Shown piece after piece: positions 1 through 16,934 of a stretch of 64,000 bases of DNA. A program made the translations under genes and the position numbers. The stretch is from the NCBI RefSeq assembly GCF_009914755.1, contig NC_060931.1. The stretch is one strand, 5' to 3'. Under the pieces are notes generated by a model, which was not told the DNA's origin, did not search any database, and worked only from the letters and a program-made list of their open reading frames with translations. Origin of the DNA: the human T2T-CHM13v2.0 reference genome, Homo sapiens. Each line of letters begins with the position of its first letter. Positions within the stretch are counted from its first letter, which is position 1.

Positions 1-700
1 CTGCTTTAACTCCTCAAAGAACCCCATTCCTTTTTTCCAGAGAGGAGGACTCAAGGATAAGATATTTCTGCCAAAAACCCTTTTTCTGTCATTAATATGT
101 TAACAAATGCTGTCAAGTAACAGTCGCGGTCGACCGAATTTGCTGTTGGCAGAGGCTGCGCGCTGCCACACAAGGCTGTGTCTATTCCACACAAGCCCGG
201 CTCCCTCCACCAGGAGATCTTGGCATTGGAGGTCACCAGGGCCCACAGTGGGACCTACCTACCCTGTCAACAGTGACAATGTCTCATGTATGAATAATGC
301 CTTCACGGAGCATTTCTAAATTCCTTCCTTCAAGGGTGGCAGCAGAGATTACAGGAGCAGCGCAGTGGGAGGTAGGCACTAGCCCATGCCCGGAGGCAGG
401 GAGAAGTGGGGAGAGGAGGGAGCAAGAGTGGATATGAACGCCAAGCACAGGGGAGAGGGGATGAGGGCAGGACAAGCCAGATCCAGATGCAAGAGATAAC
501 GTGGACTGAAGAAAAATTCAAAGGAGATGAAAACGTCATACAAAGGAAATAGGTATTGAAAAATCAATGGTGGTGCTCAAGGGTCTTAAGAATCAATATT
601 AGAATCACATGCAGAGAAACAATGGGTGGAGGTGTTGTGGGAGGTGCAGATGAGCCAGACATGTCGACCAGGGAAGACTGAACCATCCACAGGAATAGGG

Positions 701-1445
701 TGTATTGGTTAGCCACCTCTATAAAACTGCTGCGTAACAAACGACCCCAAAACTCAGTGGCTTAAAACAATAGTTATATAGGCCGGGTGTGGTGGCTCAC
801 GCCTGTAATCCCAGCACTTTGGGAGGCCGAGGCGGGCGGATCACGAGGTCAGGAGATCAAGACCATCCTGGCTAACATGGTGAAACCCTGTCACTACTAA
901 AAATACAAAGAATTAGCCGGGCATGGTTGTGGGCACCTGTAGTCCCAGCTACTCTGGATGGAGGCTGAGGCAGGAGAATGGTGTGAACCCGGGAGACAGA
1001 GCTTGCAGTGAGCTGAGATCGCACCACTGCACTGCAGCCTGGGTGACAGAGCGAGACTCTGTCTCAAAAAAAAAAAAAAAAACACCAGTAGTTATTTACT
1101 CTCATTGGTCAGAGGGCCAGCAGAGGCTTGGATGTGCGAACCTGGGCTTGGCCAGAGAGGCTCTGATCCACGCATCTCTTGTCTTCCTCCTGAGACCGTG
1201 GGCTGGCCAGGCATGCTCTGCTCATGATGATGGCAGAAGGATCAGAGAACAAGTACAAAGGCGTGGGTGCTCTTGAAGCCTAGGTGCACCATCACACCCA
1301 CTTCATTCCACTGGGCAAAGTAAGTCCCATGGGTAAACACAAAGCCAGGGTATGGAGAAACAGATCCCATTCCTTTCATGGAAGAACTGCAAAGTCAACA
1401 GCAAAGGGCATGGATACGGGGAGGGCAGAGATGCAGTCTGTAACG
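701..1445 (-). mobile_element. Old MaLR LTR (MLT1J/K-like), split by AluY
   Basis: tgtattggttag...ctgcgtaacaaacgaccccaaaactcagtggcttaaaacaa is a typical MLT1 terminus; similarity resumes after the Alu. Confidence 0.6.
781..1082 (+). mobile_element. AluY
   Basis: GGCCGGG start, gatcacgaggtcaggagatc..ctggctaac and gagcttgcagtgag diagnostics, poly(A) tail. Confidence 0.93.
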
Positions 1446-1819
1446 GTGGGCCAAGGGGAGAGAGGCAGGCAGGAAGATGACAGCTGGGGGCTCATTTGCA
1501 AGCGTGGATTTGCCTGGTTAGCTCTGGTTCTCTGCTCCCTTCTTTCTGGCTCTTTCTTTTTCTGGTTACTGGGCTATAAATTCGCAGAGCAGGACTTGAT
1601 GACATCCTCCTTATGGCCAGTCTTGGCACCCCAATGGGCAGCTGTTCAGGCAGTCCACAGATATTTACTGTGGACCTTCTTGGTGCTAGGTTCTGTGGAA
1701 CAGGAGGACAATTCCTCATTCCTTTATTGGTTCAATTATTTAGTATTCCCTAAGTGTGTGGATGACCAAAGGAAGGAAAGATGGGGTCCTAAGTTTTAAA
1801 TTCTTTTAAACACTCTCAG

Positions 1820-2130
1820 GGCCGGGATCGGTGGCTCTTGCCTATAATCCCGGCCCTTTGGGAGGCCAAGGCAGGTGAATGACTTGAGTTCAGGAGTTGG
1901 TGATCAGCCTGGCCAAGATGGTGAAGCCCCATCTCCACTAAAACTACAAAAATTAGCCGGGGGTGGTGGTGCGAGCCTGTAATCCCAGATACTTGGGAGG
2001 CTGGGCAGGAGAATCGCTTGAACCTTGGAGACGGAGGTTGCAGTGAGTGGAGATCGCGTCACTGCACTCCAGCTTTGGTGAAAGAACGAGACTCTGTCTC
2101 AAAAACAAAACAAAACAAAACAAAACAAAA
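1820..2130 (+). mobile_element. AluS
   Basis: Dimeric Alu, (CAAAA)n tail, TSD remnant actctcag on both sides. Confidence 0.9.
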
Positions 2131-2508
2131 GAACCCCCAAACTCTCAGTATCTGAAACGCCTCTAATTTATTTATTTACTTATCTCTTTCTTTTTTTCAT
2201 ACCCTGTGACATAGAAGGCAACGGCCTCTAATTTCTAAAAACAAAAACAAATACAACCCAAAAACTTGGTGTTTGTGGAAATTGGGAGGTGGGGAAATCA
2301 ATCTACTTTCAAATTTAAACCTTCAGACTTTTCCAGGGGAGGTTAATATGGCTTCCTCGATTTACCAATTGCTCTGAGACCTTCCATCTAAAATATCCTG
2401 TCCCCCTACTGTGCATATTCCCAGAAAACATAGTTCCAGTTTTTGTGCTTTCTCTACGATATCTCTCTGACTTGCATTTGTATTCTGAGACCCAGAATAG
2501 CTCAAGTC

Positions 2509-2670
2509 AGATAAGGCTCAAACCCTGGACTTCACAAGCCCAGAGCCAGGAGGTCACGGTATAAAAACGCTCTCTGCCCAGGTCCACGCTGGGTACAACA
2601 CATTTGCACCAGGACCCGGCTGCAGCCCCCCAACCCGGCTGCAGCCCCCCAAATGCAATCCAAGTAACTC
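2509..2670 (+). promoter_or_regulatory. Candidate TATA core promoter (AGATAAG 2509, TATAAAA 2560)
   Basis: Canonical TATAAAA in repeat-free sequence, GATA site ~50 bp upstream, possible donor caa|gtaact near 2664; motif evidence only. Confidence 0.25.
2614..2651. repeat. Perfect 19-bp tandem duplication (acccggctgcagcccccca x2)
   Basis: Read directly from sequence. Confidence 0.95.
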
Positions 2671-4379
2671 CCCATTCCCCACAGGGGTCCAATCAGTGTA
2701 GAGTCACGTTATCAGAAACCATCCATTACATGACAGTGAAAAATAATGCCAACGTTGGATTATTTTATCTTAAAATATTAAAGGAGAAAAAATTGTAACT
2801 AATAAGAGGACTTTAAAAAAAATCAATAACAAAAACCTTCATTTTTGCTTCCCTGTGTGAAAAGAAGTCTCCTATTTTCCTACCTGTCCGCTCACCTTCC
2901 TTTCCCAGACTTGCCTGGGCTCTCAGCCATCAGGAGTTCTTCCGCCCATCAGCAATGGTGGCTGCTTCCCCACCTTCCCTCTGGCCTGCTGGGTAGCTCT
3001 AGGAAGGCTGGAGGACTCACTCGATGCTCCCTGCTCCTCTCCTCCCTCATCCCCGAGAGTCCTCCTGGGAAGGGTTGTTCTCCCATCACTCTGACCCACT
3101 CCACCCTCCCCACCCTGCCCCCTTGAAATCCTCCAGGGAAACTTCTGGCTAATAAAATTCCTCGCCTTGGTACATTGATCAAGGGCTGGTTGGGAGCCCT
3201 GAGTGTGTTTGGTGTTTTGGATTCACCGTAAACACCCCGCAGTAAATTCAGCTCCGGGATTTGTATCTGAGTGTTGCAAGGAGCAGGTAATGTATTCCAG
3301 GGATGACACCCTGTTTTCTGAGCATCATTCGGAAACATTTTCACATGGCTTCCAATCTGTCCACCTCTCGCTTTGCAGCCCCATGTGGCTCCCTGGCGGG
3401 AAATTGACTGGGAGAAGCGAGTCAATAAATCAGGGATGGTGCACAACATTTGTGTTTACTCCACTTAAACCGATATTTACTGGGGAGTCCACCTCCCGGG
3501 GCCCCTGCCTCCTCTCACACAAGGGTGGGTCTTTAAATGTCACTCACATGGGGCGAAACACTTAGGATCCTCATCATGAGAAAGGATAATTGGACGGAGC
3601 AGATGGGGAAATTTCCCAAAGCAAACCTCCTCAGTCCATTACATATTTTATCGATCGGACCCAGGGGTTCTCTGCCTCTCTGCCAGAACCCTGGGAGGGG
3701 CTCCTTTTTCCTGCTTTTAGACTTCCCCAAGTCACGGTCATCATCTTTCTGGATTAGCAAGCAGGCTGACAGCCCTGTTCCTCATTTTCCTCCTCCCGAA
3801 GGCTGAGGACACAGGCCTCATTACAGGAGCTACTGGCCCACAGAAAAATTATTTGCCCCCACTGATAGAAAATAAAAAGGGGGCTTTAGAGGCTGCCCAG
3901 ATAATTGGAGGCATCCACTGTGTCCCTGGGGGTCACTGGTCGCCTCTGCACCATTCATCTTGCTGACAGACCCCAGCTAGGGTGTCTATGTAGGCTGAGC
4001 CCACACGCCCAGGGAATTGTACAATTTCAGATCTGTTCGCTTGCAGGCTCTGCTGCAGGGAAGAGGGAAGGCTGGGGCTACAGAAATGGGGCTAGAGAGA
4101 TTGTGCTGCCTCTTGTGAGGTAGAGTTCAGGTTCTCAGGGCTTCTCTTGGACGAGAGGGTCCTTCCCCAAGTGCAGGGGAAATGTATCCCAAAGCCCGGC
4201 CACACAACACAGGGGCTGACACAGAGACCCCAAGCTAGACCTTGACCTCCGCCGCCCCTGAGAAAGCTCGCCCAAATGCAAAGACAAACAAAAGGAATTG
4301 ATCATTGGCTTTTGAACTTCTTAAGGTCCTTTCCAAGCATCATATTGACTGTACGTGATTTTTACTGTGCAGAACTTTA

Positions 4380-4862
<483 letters not shown>

Positions 4863-5057
4863 CTACTCCCTAATCCCCCACCCCCACCAGCAAGTGTGCT
4901 TTGGAGGCCTCTGATCAGGGCTGACAAACTCCAGGTGTCAGCAACAGGGGATGAGGCAGGTGGGGGGTCTGGTGGGAGCTGCCAACTTACTGGGATTTCC
5001 ACCATCAGCCTGACAACTCTGCTATGCAAAAGCCTTCAAAACGTTCGATAACACCTG

Positions 5058-5497
5058 TGTCGTGGGTTAAATGGTGTCCCCTCAAAGGGGAAGTTGAAGT
5101 CCTAACCTCCAGTACGTGTGCATGTGATTTTATTTGGAAACAGGGTCTTGCAGATGTCATCGGGATAAGATGAGTTCACACCACAATGAGGCAGGCCCTA
5201 AATCCAATGACTGGTGTTCTTATGAGAAGAAGAAAATTTGGACACAGGGAGAATTCCAGGTAGAGAAGGAGGCAGAGATTGGAGTGATGTGTGTACAAGC
5301 CAAGGAACTCACGTGACAGCAATTACTGGAAGCCAGGAGAGAGCCATGAAACAGCTCCTCCCTCAGAGCTTGCAGGAGGAACCGACCCTGCCAGCACCTT
5401 GATTTTGGGCTTCTGGCCTCCAGAACTATGACAGAAGAAGTTTCTGTTAAGCCACAGCCCCTGGTAAATTGTTTCAGCAGCCCCAGAAACTGATACA
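5058..5497 (+). mobile_element. MLT1C-like solo LTR
   Basis: TG..CA termini (tgtcgtgggtt...aaactgataca), 5-bp TSD acctg/acctt. Confidence 0.8.
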
Positions 5498-5559
5498 ACC
5501 TTCCTCTGGGGAATTCCGGCCCCCAAGCATTGGGGGCAAATAGACTCAGAGAATATTTG

Positions 5560-5935
5560 GAAGGTGATCTGGGGGTACCTGTCCAGATGTCATGTTCTCC
5601 TACCTTCTGACCCTGTGGTTCCTCTACCAGGAATTTATCCTACAGATGGATTCACAGAGATACTCAGAAGCATTTCACAGCATCATCTTTCCAGCAGTGT
5701 AGAAATTAGCAAAACGACCCCAAGTCCATAGGAATGTGCCTAAATAACGATAATATGTTCACTCTGTGGAATATTATGCAGTGATGAAAAAGAATAAGAA
5801 AGTTATTTCTGTGCCAATATGGAACAATATCCAAGACATATTGTTAAGTAATAAAAAAAAACCCCACATAAAACAAAAAACAAGGTACCAGAGAACAGTA
5901 TGTTAACCATTATTTTGAAACTAAAATAATTATAC
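5560..5935 (+). mobile_element. Old L1M 3' fragment
   Basis: ggaatttatcctacagat, gtggaatattatgcagtgatgaaaaagaat, caagacatattgttaagt motifs. Confidence 0.6.
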
Positions 5936-5939
5936 ACAA

Positions 5940-6566
5940 TAGATTTGTGTTGTTTCTAGTAGCTATGTTCTATAAAGTCACTATGAACACTGAATTAGCA
6001 AATCCTGAACCATTGCTCCTTGGGGAAATACAGGATTATGTTCTTTCAAGCCTCTGGTCACATTTTTATCAACCCAACAATACCTAGCCCCGCTTTATGT
6101 GTGTTTCTCTTTAATGACACCTTATTTCATAGATATTGTTGGTTCATTCACACTGAACTCATGGCCAGCAACACTATAACTCACGCCTGCACAAAGCTTC
6201 TCTAACAAAAATAATTTCTCCGTGGGACACATCACAGCCTTCTGTGCGTAGGACCCTAGACAGCACTTCAGTGCTATGTTCAAGGGGCATTTACACAGCA
6301 AAATCGCTGACAGAAAGCATGAAAATAAGAAAAATGTGGCATTAAACAGTCCTCGAAAAGGACATTGAACAAGAAGGCAGGGTGTCACCTTGCTCAGCCT
6401 CAGATGGGACTGTGTATGGAGGAAGACTCAAATCTTTCGTTTCTTTGTGCATGTTTGCAATTGACCTGGAAAACCCTAAGAGCATTAATTTCGGGGTTAC
6501 AAATAAGTGTTAGCGAGTAGGTGAATTCCCAAGTACAAAATCCACAAATATGAAAGACAGACTGTA
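5940..6566 (-). mobile_element. MER82 (TcMar-Tigger) DNA transposon fossil
   Basis: ggggttacaaataagtgttagcgagtaggtgaatt...gactgta end and internal cacatcacagccttct..cagcacttcagtgctatg match the recalled MER82 consensus. Confidence 0.75.
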
Positions 6567-6789
6567 TGTGCCCATGTGTATAAGCAGGACATGAAGGCAT
6601 AGCTACAGGTATAGATAGCTCTTCTGAAAGGACACACACATTGGTAACAGTCTCTGTTTCCTTGGGCAGAAGGAAAAGGGAACGGGAGAAGGAGGGTGAC
6701 TTACCTCTTACTGTATTGCCCCTTTTGTACTGCTTGAAATTTTTACTCTGTGAAAGCAATACCTAACTTTTTAAAACCTAAATGTTTTA

Positions 6790-7090
<301 letters not shown>

Positions 7091-8295
7091 CTAAATTTTT
7101 TAAAAAAGGTCTTGCATTTTACAGTTGGTCATATTCTCACTTTATGAGCTGATTTTCAGCTTGCACAGTTTGAAGATGACTTTGGTGATTGTTAAATGAA
7201 AAAGAAAAAAACTGATTTCTTGCAAGTCGCTAGCTGCAGGGGGTGGGGAGTTCCGGGTGGATCGGGGGGACATTCCTTGGTGAGAATAGTACTCAAGTCA
7301 TCCGTCTCGTGACACTGTCCCTGTTCAGCCTGATAACTTGTAGCTCCACACACGTTCCAGATGGTGTCTTGTGTTGGGTGACCCTGGGTGCTGTCTCATC
7401 TGGAATTGTTAGCTGTCTCCTGCTGGCTGCAGGCCTGTGGACCATACCCTTCCCCAGCTTGCACTAGGGGATCCTGGATGAGAAGTGTTGACTTCATCCC
7501 CGGGACCTAAGAGCCTAAAAGCATCTTTACTTTCAAAGTCTTGCATTTCCGTCATCTCATCTCATGCTCAACACAAGTGAGGGAGGGAGAGAGGACTGCC
7601 GTGACTGTCCCCATTTGACAGGGAAACCGAGGCAGTGGGGTTTGTACAGGCTATTGGTGTCAGTGTGAGGTCTTCCACCCGGGTCTCCTGGCTATGACTT
7701 CGTACTGTCTCTACAGGGTCCTAAATGGCACTGGCAAACCAGAGATTAAGGCAAGAACTCATTGAGTTGGAATTCTTTTTAAGGTTGTCTTAAGCTTTCC
7801 TCTGCTGCAGAATATCATCCAGCAAGCAGCAGAGTGGGCCTTGTAAAATGTAAATTGGATCGTGCACTGCTCTGCTCTGAACCCCTCCACGGTTCCTGTC
7901 TCACCCAGAGTCAAGGCCAAAGTCCTTGCCGCGTGCTTTAGTGTCCCCATAGCCTGTCCCTGCTATGTGGTCTGACCTCGTCTGTCCTCTCTTAACTTTA
8001 CTGCCCCATCACTCCCCAGAAACCTGGTCTTCTTGCTGCTCCTTAACAGGCCTCAGTCTGCACTTTCAGTTCCTGGTCACTGGAGCTCCGTCCCCAGATC
8101 CCTGCATGGCTGCGTGGCTGTGGGCTGCAGTGTGCATGGCTGCAGGGCTGCGGGGCTCTCTCTCCAAATGTCACCTCTCTGTGAAGGCTTCTTCCAAGTC
8201 TTCGCCGGGTTGTCATTATAAGGTCATTCTCTTTACAATGTTTCAGTGAACTGAGCAATTGTTTTCTGTGTGTTCTGCATGTTAATATTTAAGTG

Positions 8296-8428
8296 CAGTG
8301 GGCCACACCTGTAATCCCAGCTCTTTAGGAGGCTGAGCAGGGAGGCTGACTTGAACCCAGGAGTTTGAGATCAGCTTGGGAAACATAACAAGACCCTGTC
8401 TCTATAAAAAAATTTTTAATAAAAAAAA
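8296..8428 (+). mobile_element. FLAM/Alu monomer
   Basis: Single Alu arm with A-rich tail. Confidence 0.75.
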
Positions 8429-8494
8429 GACATTTGTACTAAGTTTCCAGAATGCAAACTCCATACACAAATCTCAGTGCATTTAGTCCAGCTA

Positions 8495-8775
<281 letters not shown>

Positions 8776-9270
8776 TTAAAAAATGAAAATTTCAAAAAAC
8801 AAATGTTACCTGTCAGCAAGGCCCTCCCAATCAGGCTCATTACCTCTGCAAAACCACCCTGCACTCCTCATCTGCTTCCTGGCAGTGTCCTTCTAGAATT
8901 CAATACCACAGACTTATTATTTCATTTGTCTTTCTCTTCCATCACTGGGATCAGAGTGTCAGCTCCATGGACACAGGCGTTTGTATGACTTTTGTTCGCT
9001 TTTGTATAAGTAACTCAGACAAGAGTGCTCAACACGTATTTGTCAATTTGGGTCTGGCTCTCCTGGGACACGCGCAGAAGCATCTTGCAGTTTCTGAGTG
9101 TGCCTGAGCACCATGGGGACAGAGTCAATAGCAGGTTGGTGACAGTTGCTCCTTTCCCCTCTTCCTTCCCTGAACAACGTTAGTGGGTCTGGCCTGTGAC
9201 CCCACATTTGATGTGGCGATTTGTCCCCCTGCTTCCACCCTTGGACAGAAGAGAAAATATCAGTCTCTGA

Positions 9271-9641
<371 letters not shown>

Positions 9642-10446
9642 TGTAGCAAGTTCCCTTTGAAGCGGTTCAAAGGTTAAAACTTCCGAGGGCTGCCAGTTAT
9701 CGTCCTGGTGAGTGCCCCTTCCCGGGTCCGATTCCAAGGTCTCCACTGCAGGCTCTGGTATGTTCAGACGCAGTTCCTGGAGGAGAGGCCCTGCTGGCTC
9801 TGAGCCGGGAACCCGCCACGACGTGCAAAGTCGAGATTGCAAAGACAGCGCAGGTCACACATCCTGCCTGACTCCAGATTGCACGTCACCGTTTATTTTC
9901 TGTGCCCTGTGCCAGAAAACGAGATATGTGCCATATGCTCGCTTACTTGTGAAGACTCAGGGATTCTACACACATTGCTGGCATTCGCACGCATAGGGAG
10001 GTGTGATCGTCGCTGACACTGGAGCTTCCGTGTCTGTGTGCCAGGAGGCTCCGAGATCTTTCCCGGCCACACCCAGCACTCACATATGGTGTTGAAGGTG
10101 CTGTAATTCTAGACACAGAGCATATGTCCTCGGAGCAGACAGGGTGCTAAATTAATTCTAAACGTCCGTTGTAAGTTTCTTGCCGAGATGCTCCCTCCCT
10201 GTATAAATAGCGTCTGTGCTGCACTTTCCTACAGCAGGCTCCACGGAAGCCTAGATAACCTGATTTCAGCTTTATTTTATAGTATTGAACATTCTTCAAA
10301 ACAGCCCATCTCCATAAAGGGAAACTGGGGGAAATGATGATATGCTAAGCCGAGGGACATTTGCTAAGTGTAACTGGGTGTTCTCTCCTCTTGTTTCAAT
10401 AGTGGGCATCTCGGTCCCTGAACCCTGAAGGATGCTCTTTGGAATC

Positions 10447-10718
10447 TTTTTTTTTTTTTTGAGACAGGGTCTTGCTTTGTTGCCCAGGCTGGAGTGCGGT
10501 GGTGCAATCACAGCTGACTGTGGCCTCGACTGTGGCCTCAACCTCCTGGGGTCAAGCAATCCTCCTGCCTCAGCCTTCCAAGTAACTGGGACCACAGGTG
10601 CATGCCACCATGCCTGGCTACATTTTTGAATTTTTGTAGAGATGGGGGTCCCACTATGTTGCGCAGGCTGGTTTCTAACTCCTGGGCTCAAGCAGTCCTC
10701 CCACCCTGGCCTCCCAAA
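10447..10718 (-). mobile_element. AluJ, 5'-truncated, with internal 12-bp tandem duplication (gactgtggcctc x2, 10516-10539)
   Basis: Antisense Alu with J diagnostics. Confidence 0.88.
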
Positions 10719-10977
10719 TGGCCAGATCTAAGGAGCAAAATTTCATTGTGGTTCTTTCATTCTGTTGTCTGGGAGAGGCTCTGTCCCCACTGAAACCTGG
10801 AGTCTGGGCTTCTCAGATGAGTCCTACCTCTTCTTCTGCTGCTGTAAGTCTGCTCCATATTTATACTGGCCCCATGAATCACATTGGGGCCTCCTCTATA
10901 AACCTGGAAGACACCAGCTTTAGGACCAGAACAAACTAGAGTCCTGGCCTGAGGGTGCCAAAATGAGATGGAAAATG

Positions 10978-10981
<4 letters not shown>

Positions 10982-11030
<49 letters not shown>
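10982..11030. repeat. (TG)n microsatellite, ~24 units
   Basis: Pure dinucleotide run. Confidence 0.98.
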
Positions 11031-11032
<2 letters not shown>

Positions 11033-11519
11033 AGAGGAGTGCGGGACTGACAGAGGGGCAGGACCCTTAGGGCTCAGCCTGAGTCTCAAGGCTTAGCCCC
11101 CCTCCTCCCCTCTCCCCACCTCCTGTTCCAGCCTCTAATTCACCACTCATCTTCCCCAGGATGGGATCAGCCAGGACCACAGTTTGCCCATGTGGATATG
11201 TTGTGGGAATTAGAAAAAGGCACTCTTCTGGTTGGACACAGCTCTGTGGATGCTTAGCCCAGCAAGTGGTCAATGCTTTCTGCAAAGGAAAAGTCTCTCC
11301 TTCCTCTTGGAAGATGCAGCTTCATGCAGGAACAAAGAGCTCAGTGAATGGAGGACAGGCCGGATTTCAGCTCCTACTCGCCTTCTTAGCTGGATGCCTT
11401 TGTGCAGTGCACAACTTGGACAACAGTCCAAGGCACGCCAGGGAACATATTAACTTCCTCTGAGTTTAGAAGAGACATTTCCTACTTGCTACAGACCTTT
11501 GCAGCAAATTATTTTCTCC

Positions 11520-12051
11520 AAGAAATGACAGCAACAGCATCTCCCATTTCGTACGACTTTACAAGGACACTCCTTTCCTGTGGAGATAGGGTCTACATTC
11601 CATGCCCTTGAATCTGGAAAGGGTACGTGACTACGGCAGAAGTGATGTGTTGTGACTCCTGAGGCTGGGTTATAAACAGTGTAAAGCTTGCCCTTGGTTC
11701 TCTGGGGGGCTCACTCTTGGAACCCAGCTGCCATGTTTCAAGGAAGCCCAACTAGCCTGTGTGGAGAGACCATAGGGAGAGGCCACCCGTGGTGTCCCAG
11801 CTGACAGATAGCACCAACTGCCAGACAGGCAGGTAAAGAGGCTTCTGGCTCCTTCCTGCCCCAGCCATGGAGTTGGACTCACCCTTCAAGTCTACCCAAC
11901 TGAGGCCCTAAATATTGTAGGGCAGAGACAAGCCAGTCTGCTGTGCTTTGTGCAAATTCCTGGCTCATGGGTCCATAAACACAATAACATGGTTCTTTTG
12001 TGACACTAAGTTCAGAGTTTTAAAAATGACGCAGCAACAGTGAACAGGACA
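11520..12051 (+). mobile_element. MLT1F/G/H-like MaLR LTR
   Basis: ggcagaagtgatgtg, cactcttggaacccagctgccatg, gcaaattcctggc, ..gcagcaacagtgaacaggaca. Confidence 0.65.
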
Positions 12052-12142
12052 GCCTTCAAAACTCACTGCTCCCTCCTTCAAGAAGTCCTTCCTGATGCCT
12101 AGACTATGTCAAAATATTCCTTTTTTCATTTTCTTAATTAAC

Positions 12143-12488
<346 letters not shown>

Positions 12489-13042
12489 TGACCAGCTCAG
12501 AGCCCTTTTCACTGTGCACTGTCTCACTGAGTCCCCACGTCACTCTGTGAGTGGCTGTTACTATCCCACTTTACAGACAAGGGAATGGAAGCTCAGGCTG
12601 GGGGCGTTCCCAAGGTCCACAGGGGCTGAGGGGCAGGGCTGGTCTCACAGCTGCTGTGATGCAGAAAGTGAGATGCGTGAAATCCTCCAGTGCCCGAGTC
12701 CTGGCCCTTCCCACTGGTACCTGTAGAGCTCCTGGTGAAGACTCCTGACAGAAAAGCATGAAGCCTACAGCCCCTCCTGAATGTAGCACCCCTCCCATGA
12801 GGTTAGATCTCCTCCTGCTCCAGAGCCGCCCCATGCCAGTGAGGAGAAGGAGAAATGGATGTGCCGCGTCAAAGCCCTCCACAAACGATCAACACAGCCA
12901 GAAGGTGGGTTTCCAGCCACACAGCAGCAAGCCGGGGACGTGGCTCCCACACGTGGCTGAAGGGCTGGGACCTTCTGGTCTCTCGGGACAGCTGGCTCCA
13001 GGCAAGGCCAGGGTACCATGAGAGTATGAAATGAAACCCTTA

Positions 13043-13320
13043 TTGTCTTGGAGGCTTTTCTTTGTTTTCACGGACAGCTACAAAGCTCATTCTCTTTATA
13101 GCTCTATAGTTTTCCATAACGTGATTGCATTGTGACTGATTTAACCAAATCGTCCTTGGAAACGGATTGGATGGTTTCTAGTGTTTTGCTATTACCATTG
13201 CTCCAAATCAACATCTTTCTACTTACTCCTTTGCATATTCATGCAAATGTTTCTTTTCTTTTTTTTTAAATTTTACTTTAAGTTCTGGGATACATGTTCA
13301 GAACATGCAGGTTTGTTACA
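13043..13320 (+). repeat. Dispersed duplicate of 14910-15499 lacking the AluY
   Basis: Near-identical ~280 bp, ttgtcttggaggcttttc...gcaggtttgttaca. Confidence 0.95.
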
Positions 13321-13355
13321 GAGTTAGGAACAAATTGGGGAGGGGAACGTGGTGA

Positions 13356-13998
<643 letters not shown>

Positions 13999-14066
13999 TA
14001 AAGTCACACAATACAGCAATACACTGTAAGAAAAAATTGCAAACAGAGTACAAAATAAAAAGTTAA

Positions 14067-14765
<699 letters not shown>

Positions 14766-14961
14766 TTAATCTGCACCGTATAGTCTTTTTTCTACGATTT
14801 TGCATAGGTATATGCACACATATGTGTACATTCAGATAAAGGGTTTTATGTAAGTCCAATTATACTATTTGCATTCTCATAACTTTTTTTTTCACTGAAC
14901 TTTTATTTGTTGTCTTGGAGGCTTTTCTTTGTTTTCACGGACAGCTACAAATCTCATTCTC

Positions 14962-15417
<456 letters not shown>

Positions 15418-15433
15418 TCATGCAAATGTTTCT

Positions 15434-15804
15434 TTTCTTTTTTTTTTAATTTTACTTTATGTTCTGGGATACTTGTGCAGAACATGCAGGTTTGTTACAT
15501 AGGTATACACATGCCATGGTGGTTTGTTGCACCTATCAACCCGTCATCTAGATTTTAAGCCCCGCATGCATTAGGTATTTGTCCTAATGCTCTCCCTTCC
15601 CTTGCGCCCCACCCACCGACAGGCCCCAGTGTGTGATGCTCCCCTCCCTGTGTCCATGTGCTCTCATCGCTCAACTGCTACTAATGAGTGAGAACGTGCG
15701 GTGTTTGGTTTTCTGTTCCTGTGTTAGTTTGCTGAGAATGATGGCTTCTAGCTTCATCCATGTCCCTGCAAAGGACATGAACTCATTCTTTTTTTATAGC
15801 TACA
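15434..15804 (-). mobile_element. L1PA7/8-like 3' end, 5'-truncated
   Basis: ttttactttatgttctgggatac...gtccctgcaaaggacatgaactcattc; 16-bp TSD tcatgcaaatgtttct at 15418-15433 and 15805-15820. Confidence 0.88.
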
Positions 15805-16210
15805 TCATGCAAATGTTTCTACAAAAGAGGCCGAATTGGCGTCGCGAGGCTAAGGGTGTGTGCATTTACATTTTTATATAACCATAAGTTGTCCTCTCCA
15901 GATGCCGTGCTGATGAACACCTCCTCCCGTTCCGTAGGAGAGCGCCTCGCACTCCACACTGCCCAGCCTCACATGTTCTCAACGTCTTCACTCTTTCCGA
16001 GTCTAACGGGCCCCAGTTACGTCCCTGTTATTGCTGTTTGCAGTTCCCTATTTAACTGCTTAGGCTGAGCATAATTTCTTGTGTTTATTGACCACTCATA
16101 TCTCATCGATGACAGCACCTCTTCGTGCCTGTATTAATTAAAGTGCTTTGGAGAGCAGGGAACAAAAAAACCATGACTCAGCTGGCTTGGACAATAAGAA
16201 ATGTGTCTCC

Positions 16211-16934
<724 letters not shown>

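Noticed and set aside
1284-1799. 171-aa ORF, the longest in the track
   Set aside because: GTG start, begins inside an MLT1 LTR, no recognisable domain or splice context
7225-7270. CTCF-like site gctgcagggggtgg
   Set aside because: Three mismatches to the core consensus
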